Positions 47,273 through 55,405 of a DNA stretch of 64,000 nucleotides are shown piece by piece (positions within the stretch are counted from its first letter, which is position 1; every line of letters starts with the position of its first letter). The notes beneath the pieces were generated by a model that saw nothing but the letters and a program-made list of their open reading frames with translations, was not told the origin of the DNA and made no database searches. Source of the DNA: Candidatus Woesebacteria bacterium. Lineage in GTDB: Bacteria; Patescibacteriota; Microgenomatia; UBA8517. The stretch spans positions 9,312 to 73,311 of the forward strand of contig CAWASW010000001.1 in the NCBI GenBank assembly GCA_963784785.1, in the 5' to 3' direction. The translations under genes were made by a program, and so were the position numbers.

Positions 47273-47810
47273 CTAATTAGTTTAGCCTCAAATTATATAC
47301 ATTATACCGATCTGTACTAATGATAATATATCCGCAGGGGTAGTCAAGAGGCTAAAACAAGAGTAAATCAGTAATTCATTAACACAGTAAATCAACAAGT
47401 TTCACACAACTCATAATTTAATTACCGCATGAAGATTTAATGACCTAACTATATCAGACGATACAAAAAGCAAGTATATAGTACGTTTTATAGTAATTAT
47501 CGGATACAAAATATTGTGCCTAGAAACTCCGAAAACTTAAAATGCGGTTAATTGCGGATATTAAATTAACCGTATTTATATTCTGCAATACTTACGGAAA
47601 TCGGATAATTACTGCATTTTTTTAAAAATTTTTAATTTTAAATTTTTAGTTTTTAATCAATTTTTGATTTTTAATTTATGGCTAAATATTGTTTTAGAAT
47701 ACTTAATTCGACGTTTAGGTTTTAGCATTTAGCATTTTTAAGTAGTGAGTGCTAAGCATATTTCTGTGTTGTTTTGTCCCAAATTTATGAGTATATTTAT
47801 AAGATAGATT

Positions 47811-48239
47811 ATGGAAGTTGAGAAGAAAAATTATTTTTGGTTAATTGTTATTTTGGTAGTATTTTTACTGACTTTTGGTGTCTTAGTTTATTACATTAGA
47901 ATAAACGGGTCAACAACTGTAGTTAATACTGTTTCAGAAGGCAAGCTTTCACTGTCAAACTCCTATATTTTTTCATCACCTGTAAAGGCAAAAGCCAATG
48001 GAGACTCTATAAGATTAACAATTTTTATTTTAGACGAATCAGGTAATGGCGTCACTAATAGGATTACAAGTTTAAAGTCTACAGGTGAGTTAGTTAAGAT
48101 TAATGATATTCAACCCTTAACTGATGAGACAGGGAAAGCTATTTTTGATGTATTATCTGAGACTGCTGGAAATTACGAGCTACAAGCCTTTTCGGAAAAA
48201 ACTGCATTAGACCAGAAAATAAGAGTAACTTTTGAATAA
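47811..48239 (+). CDS. Small secreted Ig-like (Big_1-like) domain protein
   Basis: N-terminal TM/signal, then a beta-sandwich-like DSIRLTIFILDESGNGVTNRITSLKSTGELV...GNYELQAF. Confidence 0.45.
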   Translation: MEVEKKNYFWLIVILVVFLLTFGVLVYYIRINGSTTVVNTVSEGKLSLSNSYIFSSPVKAKANGDSIRLTIFILDESGNGVTNRITSLKSTGELVKINDIQPLTDETGKAIFDVLSETAGNYELQAFSEKTALDQKIRVTFE

Positions 48240-48396
48240 TTTATGTTAACTGCTCCTGATATAACAATTGACGCAACTGTCGGCCAAGTAGTTGTCGCAG
48301 AGACCGCCACGCCAACGCCTACAGCTTTACCTACGTCAACACCTATAACCTCGTATCACGTCATCTCCTACAGCGTCTAGTTTAGCTCAAACACCG

Positions 48397-49074
48397 ATGC
48401 CAAGTTTCAAGCCAACATTACTTTCTATTTATGGCTATGGACCTGTTGATTCCGAGGTTACCTTGAGGGGATTTGGAGTGTCTGAGAGAACTAGATCAGA
48501 TAGCATCGGACTATTTCGATTTACATCAATATACAGTTTTGGCTTTAATCAAGGGTTCAATTTTTTATTTCCAGAGTTGTGTATTCAGTCATTTGATAAT
48601 TTAAAAAGAGTTACTGGACCAAGTTGTATTCCAAGTTTAGCGATCGGTAGAAGTGTGCCTTTAGAAATTGGTCCAATCTATTTATCACCAACAATATCAA
48701 TTACTTCTTCTCGTTTTTTAACAGGGTTAACTACTCCTAACACAAATGTCTATTTGCATATTTTTAAAAATAAAAAATATAAATTACCTGTAATAAATTT
48801 AAAGTCTAATGATAGGGGAGAGTTTGAAATAAGTTTACCGACAACAGACCCTGCTAACTATAAATTGTTTGTAACAACAAATGTTGATGGTAACAACTCT
48901 GCTAAAAGTAACACCTTAAAATTCACTGTTATTTCTCCTTCTGAATCGATGTTGCAGTTTATAATTAATTTCTTATTAAGAAACAAAATAATGGCATTCA
49001 TTTTTGTTGAGGTGATAGTCTTCATATTTCTATTTATCAGTGCTTTAAAATCGATTACAAGAAAGTACAATTGA
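48397..49074 (+). CDS. Hypothetical secreted/membrane protein (225 aa). A 48-aa Pro/Thr-rich ORF at about 48243..48386 may belong to the same gene in another frame.
   Basis: ORF with C-terminal TM. The upstream short ORF MLTAPDITIDATVGQVVVAETATPTPTALPTSTPITS... ends 10 nt before this ATG. Confidence 0.35.
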   Translation: MPSFKPTLLSIYGYGPVDSEVTLRGFGVSERTRSDSIGLFRFTSIYSFGFNQGFNFLFPELCIQSFDNLKRVTGPSCIPSLAIGRSVPLEIGPIYLSPTISITSSRFLTGLTTPNTNVYLHIFKNKKYKLPVINLKSNDRGEFEISLPTTDPANYKLFVTTNVDGNNSAKSNTLKFTVISPSESMLQFIINFLLRNKIMAFIFVEVIVFIFLFISALKSITRKYN

Positions 49075-49077
49075 AAC

Positions 49078-49106
49078 TGTGTCATTGCGAGCGAAGCGTG
49101 GCAATC
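49078..49106 (+). repeat. 29-nt repeat TGTGTCATTGCGAGCGAAGCGTGGCAATC (copy 1), abutting the copy B IS insertion
   Basis: Reverse-complement copy at 63916..63944. Contains an imperfect hairpin ATTGC-GAG-CG-AAG-CG-TGG-GCAAT. Confidence 0.55.
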
Positions 49107-49137
49107 CTAGGCTTAATGGAACTAATGTGTTGTTTTT

Positions 49138-49665
49138 CTAATCCTGTTTTGTTTTATTATCGGCCTTCATTTTTTCAAAGTTGTAATAATATACAAACCA
49201 TTTAAGGTAACTTTCCCAACGAGTCTTTTTAAGGCCTTTATGTCTTAACCATCTTTGTCCTATATGCCCAAATGTAGCTTCAATTTCATTTGTTGTTTTT
49301 GGCATAGTTGGGTGGTCTAAAAACTTGAATGAGGTTTTTGGAAGTTTAATTAGGATCCTGACAGCTTTTCTCACACCTTTATGAATATACCAACTGTGGC
49401 CAGAATCATCTGTCCTCATCTCTTTCAGAAAGAAGAAATTAGCCTTAACCCAATCTTTTAAGATTGTTTCCCAGTATTTCAAAGCTTCATGACTTTCTAT
49501 GAACCAAATGTGGTTTGCAATTTTTATTAATTCTTCAATTCTTCTATCTTTTGAGTGTCTACCAAGTGCATTTACAATATCTCTATGCATATGAGCAAGA
49601 CATATCTGATGTGGAGAGTGGGGGATACACTTCATCAACCGCAGAACAAATGGCAGTTCCTCCAT
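49138..49665 (-). CDS. Transposase C-terminal part (copy B)
   Basis: Identical to 21964..22491. Confidence 0.6.
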   Translation of the reverse strand: MEELPFVLRLMKCIPHSPHQICLAHMHRDIVNALGRHSKDRRIEELIKIANHIWFIESHEALKYWETILKDWVKANFFFLKEMRTDDSGHSWYIHKGVRKAVRILIKLPKTSFKFLDHPTMPKTTNEIEATFGHIGQRWLRHKGLKKTRWESYLKWFVYYYNFEKMKADNKTKQD

Positions 49666-50161
49666 CTGTTACAGAGCCTGAAAATGTGTATTTTAATTCC
49701 TCCTTTATGAACCTCAAATCCTTAACTATTTTTGTTGAAGCCTCTCTACCAGCAATAGATACATGCAAAAGGTACAAAGTTCCACTTTGTCTATACAGCA
49801 TCAAGACAAACCATCTTCCAAACCAAAGCCCATCAATCAAAAGATATGCAGTATCAATTCTTCCAGACAAAGTTTGATCAAATCTAGGAAGTTTTGGAGG
49901 ATCAAGAAGCAATAACTTATGAAATTCACCCTCCAAATATCTTACAGACAAACCTGAGACAGAAGACAGCATTTCATATGTCAAACCCCACAAAATATAC
50001 TGTCTGAAAAGATCAACTACTTTAAAATCTTTCTTTTTATTGTGGTAAATTCTTGAAGTTTTACAAACTTTACAAAACCATCTTTTCTTTCCAGTTCCAG
50101 TCTTTCCCCACAGAAACATTTTACTATTACAGGATATGCACAAAAGTGTTCTTTGACCCAT
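49583..50161 (-). CDS. Transposase N-terminal part (copy B)
   Basis: Identical to 22409..22987. Confidence 0.65.
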   Translation of the reverse strand: MGQRTLLCISCNSKMFLWGKTGTGKKRWFCKVCKTSRIYHNKKKDFKVVDLFRQYILWGLTYEMLSSVSGLSVRYLEGEFHKLLLLDPPKLPRFDQTLSGRIDTAYLLIDGLWFGRWFVLMLYRQSGTLYLLHVSIAGREASTKIVKDLRFIKEELKYTFSGSVTDGGTAICSAVDEVYPPLSTSDMSCSYA

Positions 50162-50245
50162 TGAATACTATTCAAACTCAAAATGAGGCGTATTATCAAC
50201 TATATCTTTCTGTTATATCAACACACTATGCTATTAAGCCCAATC

Positions 50246-51262
50246 CTATTTAGGTAACTTATCTTTGAATTTGTTCTTAAGGGATTCAAGCTCTGTAATC
50301 TCTTCTTCAAGTTTTTCTTCCAACACCTCTTGTTTTGCTGTTAGTTTTTTGCTTATTAAATAACCTGCCAAAATTATTATTAATATCGAGAATATGATAA
50401 TTGCAATTAGAGTTACAGGAATTACCCATACGAAATTTTCTGCAAGCAATGTTTTGCCCGTTTCACCATAGTTTGCTACTAAATCAACTTTGTATTTACC
50501 AAACATCCATGTTTGACCTAATTTGGCTTCATAAACTCTTTTAGCATTTGGGAAAATATTTTTATCTTCAAGCGTTACACGCTCAACTTCTTTTCCAAAC
50601 CAATCGGTTAATATTATCTGTCCCTTTGGATTGATATGGTACCCACCTTTATTTACAATCTCAAAATTGACTGGAATCTTACCAAATTCTAAGAATTTTG
50701 GAGTCTTAAATAAATTTACAAATGAAGATTCTTCTACTAATCCATTAACTTTGATACTTAATAGACCAACTATTCGAGGTGACACAAAAGATACGCTTTC
50801 GTTATCTCCTGTCTCATTAATTTGCCCTGTTTGCTCAAAGATTATTGCAGCATATCGACCTCCAGCAGTAGCCTCAGTTGGTACAGTTACCTTGAAATTA
50901 ACCTTTAGAACATCTCCTGATGGAATTACTGCCTTATCAAATGGTAACTTTACCCAATCGTTGATTTGATCTTCCAATAAAACTGGTGCACCATCATCTT
51001 CTGTAACGACGAAATCGACAACCTTTAAATTTCCAGAAATCGGAACAATGCTTTCATTGAAAAATTTAATTTGCAGATTTTCTGATTTTCCGGCATCAAG
51101 CGCCACAGTCTGTCTTGCAGGAGCAACAACCAAAGGAATTTTGGCCTGAGCCAAAACTCCTTGAGGAAATAGGGTATAGGTGATAGCGAATAGGGAAAAC
51201 AGACCAGCAAAAATTAGTTTTATTTGTCTTTTATCTATAACCTGTAATCTATTCGCTATCAT
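50246..51262 (-). CDS. DUF916/DUF3324-like cell-surface protein: signal peptide, beta-rich ectodomain, C-terminal TM anchor and charged coiled-coil tail
   Basis: AQAKIPLVVAPARQTVALDAGKSENLQIKFFNES...; C-terminal TM VIPVTLIAIIIFSILIIILAGYLISKK then EEKLEEEITELESLK. Confidence 0.45.
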   Translation of the reverse strand: MIANRLQVIDKRQIKLIFAGLFSLFAITYTLFPQGVLAQAKIPLVVAPARQTVALDAGKSENLQIKFFNESIVPISGNLKVVDFVVTEDDGAPVLLEDQINDWVKLPFDKAVIPSGDVLKVNFKVTVPTEATAGGRYAAIIFEQTGQINETGDNESVSFVSPRIVGLLSIKVNGLVEESSFVNLFKTPKFLEFGKIPVNFEIVNKGGYHINPKGQIILTDWFGKEVERVTLEDKNIFPNAKRVYEAKLGQTWMFGKYKVDLVANYGETGKTLLAENFVWVIPVTLIAIIIFSILIIILAGYLISKKLTAKQEVLEEKLEEEITELESLKNKFKDKLPK

Positions 51263-52762
51263 CTAAAATGTTGGTACCGCTGTGTACTTAACTTTATTAA
51301 AGTAATATCCTGCTGGTTGTGTTGCTGTTATATCAATTCTATAACAAACATATGCGCTTGACGAGTCGACTGGTCCAACATTTGACATTAACTCTGCAGT
51401 TGATGCACTCCTTGATTCTGATGCTTCTTGATCTGCAAATTGTTTTGCATTGAATACATCTACATTTCCTGCACCGTTGTAGTCAAATATTGCATCTGTT
51501 CCTGTTACATTTTGCAAAGAATAACCTAATCCTGGATATGCTGTTGGGTCTGAACCCCAGTCATAAAAAGTTTGATGGGTACATCCTGTACCATTACAAA
51601 CTGTATCTTTAATACAATTATTTGCTTCACCTGCTGTGGCACCAGTACAGGCAACTCCATCTTTACCCATCTGATCGTTTTCCTCAGCATATAATTTATA
51701 TCCTGCAGATGAATTAGTCGAAACAGTTAATTGATGATTAGTGTTATGAGTTGCTGCTAAATAAGTAGGAGATAATGTTCCCCAAGGTACAGAAGTCGCT
51801 GTAGTATCAGGAGAGCTTGCAGTTCTAGTGACACCACAGTATGATCCTGAATCTGTAGTTATTCCAGCAACTGTTAATGATAATGTTTCATCAATTGTGG
51901 CAGAGATTAAAACTCCTTCAACAGGGGAGACAGATACATCTGAATTATCTAATACGTTGGCCCCTGCATCTCTTGATTTTATGTTTATTTGATATGTATC
52001 TGCTTGACCTTGTGTGTGTGTTGTAAGTGGTGCTGGGTTAATAAGTCCGGGAGTAGAATCAATAGTTACAGTCATTGCAGTGCTTGCCGCACAGACTGTA
52101 GTATTTCTTGTAATTAAAACAGTGTGATCGGTTGTTCCATTTCCTGCTGTAATTGAGGTAACTGTCCAGTTACTGTCGGTACATCCTGTGACAGTAATGT
52201 CAGTTGTTGTTATACCTTTTATGTCGAAACCGTTATTTGCTTTGGTTGCTGCTGTATCTGGAAATCCATCATTTGTTTTACCGGCAGATTTTACGGCTGG
52301 AATTGTGACTAAGATTGTTCCTGAGACTGGAATTTGGTTTACAGTTGTAAATCCTAAGGTCAAACTTCCTGATTGAGTAGCTACAACATAGGCCGTGCTC
52401 TCTAGAGTGGTAGAAAGTGCAGTGGAAGTATTAAATACAGTACCACTAATAATGTTTGCTACATTGTAATTAACACTCCCAAGACACCCTGTTTCAAGAG
52501 ATCCTTCAAAACAGATATTGTCTTTGGGAAATAAATGATTAGTGTCATTATCAGCATTTCCTGAAGCATCAATTGTCACCGTAGATGTTCCTGTTGTTCC
52601 AGAAGTTACACCCGCTTTATATGAAAATCTAGAATTAGATAATGTGGCTGATGCAGCAGTAAAATTAGCACTATGTGTTTTTTTGGCTGGTTTTATAAAA
52701 TTATAGGTCAGTGAAATCACCACTAAAATTAAAGCCCAAAAAACTATTTTCTTTTTTTCCAT
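51263..52762 (-). CDS. Secreted Thr-rich surface protein (499 aa) with conserved C-terminal motif ...KYTAVPTF (WxL-like?)
   Basis: Signal-like N-terminus; C-terminus YYFNKVKYTAVPTF is paralogous to VYKNIIMFTAIPSY of 53688..54473; internal SNWTVTS. Confidence 0.45.
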   Translation of the reverse strand: MEKKKIVFWALILVVISLTYNFIKPAKKTHSANFTAASATLSNSRFSYKAGVTSGTTGTSTVTIDASGNADNDTNHLFPKDNICFEGSLETGCLGSVNYNVANIISGTVFNTSTALSTTLESTAYVVATQSGSLTLGFTTVNQIPVSGTILVTIPAVKSAGKTNDGFPDTAATKANNGFDIKGITTTDITVTGCTDSNWTVTSITAGNGTTDHTVLITRNTTVCAASTAMTVTIDSTPGLINPAPLTTHTQGQADTYQINIKSRDAGANVLDNSDVSVSPVEGVLISATIDETLSLTVAGITTDSGSYCGVTRTASSPDTTATSVPWGTLSPTYLAATHNTNHQLTVSTNSSAGYKLYAEENDQMGKDGVACTGATAGEANNCIKDTVCNGTGCTHQTFYDWGSDPTAYPGLGYSLQNVTGTDAIFDYNGAGNVDVFNAKQFADQEASESRSASTAELMSNVGPVDSSSAYVCYRIDITATQPAGYYFNKVKYTAVPTF

Positions 52763-53676
52763 AATATCAGTATTCCTTTAGACTTAAACAATGTCAATAG
52801 CATAATTATTAAACCTAATAATGAATAGGGGAAGGCAAATGTAGTTATATCTTTTTTATAAACTAATGCCTCATCATCTAATCTAAATTCAATTGATGAC
52901 GTAATCTTTCCGATCCTAAACTTATTTTGAAGTCCACATTCTTTTAAATCTTCATAATTAACACATTTTATAGTTCGCGAAGTTCCTGAAAGTATATTTT
53001 GAGGAGCTAACTTTAATGTTTCGTCTGTAGTTTTAATTTTTCCAATAGGTTTCCAAAAAGAATTTCCGTTATTTTTAATCAATATTTTGTAATTAATTTT
53101 TCCGAATACTGAATCAATTATTTTTGGAGCGCTAAAATCAATAATCTCTGCAGATTTTTTTGGATTTCCGTCTTTTGATATGGTAACTAATATGTTTGTA
53201 CCAATTTGAGTTTGATATAAGGTTGCATTTTGCTCCAAGATATCAGCTGGAGCATCACTTTCAAAAAACAGTGTTAAGAAATGATCTACTTCTTCTGTGT
53301 TTTCTGGAGGGGATATTAATACATTGAAATCAATTTTGTCTCCACCTTTTAATTTTATGGGATCTTTACTGTATTTAATCCACTCTGGAGCTTTATCCTT
53401 TGTTAACTCGATATTTCCATTTGTGTCAGTTGGAGAAAAATAAACCAAATCAGGTATAAGTGTCACATCGCCGCCGTTATTTGTCAGTGTATAAATTTGG
53501 TTAATTTCCTTTCCAGGTTTAATTGTTAATTCAAAAAGGGGAGGGCTCACTGAAAGTGAGATGGCCTGAGCATTAACAGCATTGGCAAAATATAAAGTAC
53601 GAAGTATGAAGTATGAAAAAATGATAACAAATACAGAAATATTTTTTTTTGTTAATTTTCGTAATTCATAATTCAT
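52744..53676 (-). CDS. DUF916/DUF3324-like cell-surface protein (signal peptide, ectodomain, C-terminal TM + basic tail)
   Basis: AQAISLSVSPPLFELTIKPGKEINQIYTLTNNGGDVTLIPDLVYFSPTDTNGNIEL resembles the DUF916 N-terminal signature. C-terminal FAFPYSLLGLIIMLLTLFKSKGILILWKKRK. Confidence 0.5.
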   Translation of the reverse strand: MNYELRKLTKKNISVFVIIFSYFILRTLYFANAVNAQAISLSVSPPLFELTIKPGKEINQIYTLTNNGGDVTLIPDLVYFSPTDTNGNIELTKDKAPEWIKYSKDPIKLKGGDKIDFNVLISPPENTEEVDHFLTLFFESDAPADILEQNATLYQTQIGTNILVTISKDGNPKKSAEIIDFSAPKIIDSVFGKINYKILIKNNGNSFWKPIGKIKTTDETLKLAPQNILSGTSRTIKCVNYEDLKECGLQNKFRIGKITSSIEFRLDDEALVYKKDITTFAFPYSLLGLIIMLLTLFKSKGILILWKKRK

Positions 53677-53687
53677 AATTTGTAATT

Positions 53688-54473
53688 TTAATAGCTTGGT
53701 ATTGCTGTAAACATAATTATATTCTTATAAACACCAGATGGTTGAACTGATCCAACATTAACTTTGTAAGTAATTGTTGCAGTTCTTGCGCTCCCAACAT
53801 TGCTAGAAGTCATAATAGTGGCGGCTGCTTCTGCCGAATTCCTGTCTGAAAATTGTCTAAAATAGGTGCTGTTAGTAAAATCAGCCGCGATGTCGTCTCC
53901 TGTCATATTAAATCCAAATCCGTATTTGGTTGTGGATGTCCAAGTGGCTGCTGTTGTTTCACTGCAAGTTGTATTACATAATGTATCTACAATGTCGTTT
54001 GCTCCGTCTGATGTTTGCATTGGATGATTTTCAGAAGCTTTTATGTTGTAGCCTCCTGCACCACCATTTGAAACTACTAATGTAGAGGTTGCTGTTGCTG
54101 GAGTGTCTGGAGAGAGCGTTCCAAAATTTATTTGTATGTCGCTTACAGAGAAGCTAAAAGGAATTATTGAATTAATATATTGAAATCCTGATTTTGTTCT
54201 ATGCCCAGCTGATGAATATAACCCTGGGGCTGTTTGTCCTATTGTTGTATTCAAATTGTAATTTGTTGATGTTGGTATTCCAGCGCCAGAATTAAAATTA
54301 GGGAAAACTATGCGGTAGTTGGGAGACTCAATTCTTTCCTGAGCATGGACAGGAAATGGCAATAACCAAGCACCAATGATCAAGCAAATTATAAAACTTA
54401 AATTCCAATAAAATAAATTTTTAGATTTAATATTTTGGATTTTGATATTGTTTGGACGTTGGTTATTGAACAT
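53688..54473 (-). CDS. Secreted Thr-rich surface protein (261 aa), paralogue of 51263..52762 (WxL-like?)
   Basis: Signal-like N-terminus; ATWTST motif; shared C-terminal ...FTAIPSY. Confidence 0.45.
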   Translation of the reverse strand: MFNNQRPNNIKIQNIKSKNLFYWNLSFIICLIIGAWLLPFPVHAQERIESPNYRIVFPNFNSGAGIPTSTNYNLNTTIGQTAPGLYSSAGHRTKSGFQYINSIIPFSFSVSDIQINFGTLSPDTPATATSTLVVSNGGAGGYNIKASENHPMQTSDGANDIVDTLCNTTCSETTAATWTSTTKYGFGFNMTGDDIAADFTNSTYFRQFSDRNSAEAAATIMTSSNVGSARTATITYKVNVGSVQPSGVYKNIIMFTAIPSY

Positions 54474-54795
54474 TGGTCATTCTTTGAATCTCTGATTCGA
54501 GTACTTTTTCTTCAGTTTTAAGTTCTCTAACCACTTCTTCTGCTTTTACTTTTTTTGCTTCAACTGCTCGTAGGCGAGTAATTAAGTAAATGATTATTCC
54601 TAAAGATAGAAAGAAATAAATTATGATCCAAAAAGATAATTGAAATATTTCGACCCAAGCAATAACTAGAATCGAAGTGACGATTGCTGTAGCTAAATCA
54701 ATCCATTTCCTGACATGTATATAAATTTCGTTTTTACGAAACAAAAAATGTGAGCTAATATAAAGAATAATAATAAAGGCCAAAATCCAAAGCAT
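54463..54795 (-). CDS. Small membrane protein with C-terminal charged coiled coil (110 aa)
   Basis: Two TM helices then EAKKVKAEEVVRELKTEEKVLESEIQRM. Confidence 0.35.
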   Translation of the reverse strand: MLWILAFIIILYISSHFLFRKNEIYIHVRKWIDLATAIVTSILVIAWVEIFQLSFWIIIYFFLSLGIIIYLITRLRAVEAKKVKAEEVVRELKTEEKVLESEIQRMTNVQ

Positions 54796-54809
54796 GTTTT
54801 TATTCTAGA

Positions 54810-55070
54810 CTATTCTTCCAATCCTGTATAGATAAATTGTTTTATTAGTGTTTGATAGGGGATATCTTTCTGATGAGCTTTTACTTTTACCCTATTTAAC
54901 AATGCTTCAGGCATTCTTATCGTAATTGGCGCTGATGTTAGTTTTAGATTTGGAAATATCCATTTTTCAGCCTTCGACCAGTCTACATATTCAGTAGAAT
55001 CAGCTTTTTGCCAGAAAAGTCTTTCTTCTTTTTCTGTTTTAAATTTTGGTATCTTTTTTAAATTTGACAT
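54810..55070 (-). CDS. brnA: BrnA antitoxin (type II TA, CopG-like)
   Basis: KIPKFKTEKEERLFWQKADSTEYVDWSKAE...PNLK...ITIRMPEALLNRVKVKAHQKDIPYQTLIKQFI follows the BrnA consensus. Confidence 0.75.
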   Translation of the reverse strand: MSNLKKIPKFKTEKEERLFWQKADSTEYVDWSKAEKWIFPNLKLTSAPITIRMPEALLNRVKVKAHQKDIPYQTLIKQFIYTGLEE

Positions 55071-55356
55071 ATTTTAGCACCTCCTTTTTATGCATTTTCC
55101 TTGCAGATATCACTCGAACCTTTTTATTTCTTAGTGTAAACACTATAAATAGATTTGATTTGTTCAATGTCTGGCCCACAATTATAAATCTCTCTTCAAC
55201 CTGAGCATGTTTTATGTCGGGAATCACAAATGATCCATCGTTTATAAAAACTTCCTCAGTTTCTTTTGGTAAAACTCCATGTTTTAGATAACTTTTGTCT
55301 AAATTTCCACTATCCCAATCAAACCTGGTAAATTTACCCTTAACCTGCATGTACAT
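55039..55356 (-). CDS. brnT: BrnT toxin (DUF497 ribonuclease)
   Basis: FDWDSGNLDKSYLKHGVLPKETEEVF...EERFIIVGQT...RVISARKMHKKE matches BrnT family conserved blocks; overlaps brnA by 32 nt. Confidence 0.75.
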   Translation of the reverse strand: MYMQVKGKFTRFDWDSGNLDKSYLKHGVLPKETEEVFINDGSFVIPDIKHAQVEERFIIVGQTLNKSNLFIVFTLRNKKVRVISARKMHKKEVLKYVKFKKDTKI

Positions 55357-55405
55357 ATATTATATGTACATTTAGTATTTGTCAATATATGTTAAAATGT
55401 GAATT

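Larger units (their letters stand above)
49110..50240 (-). mobile_element. IS element, copy B (identical to 21936..23066); 8-bp TSD CAATCCTA
   Basis: 1131/1131 identity with copy A. CAATCCTA is directly repeated at both junctions, the right one overlapping the stop codon of 50246..51262. Coordinates follow ORF-track offsets. Confidence 0.75.
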
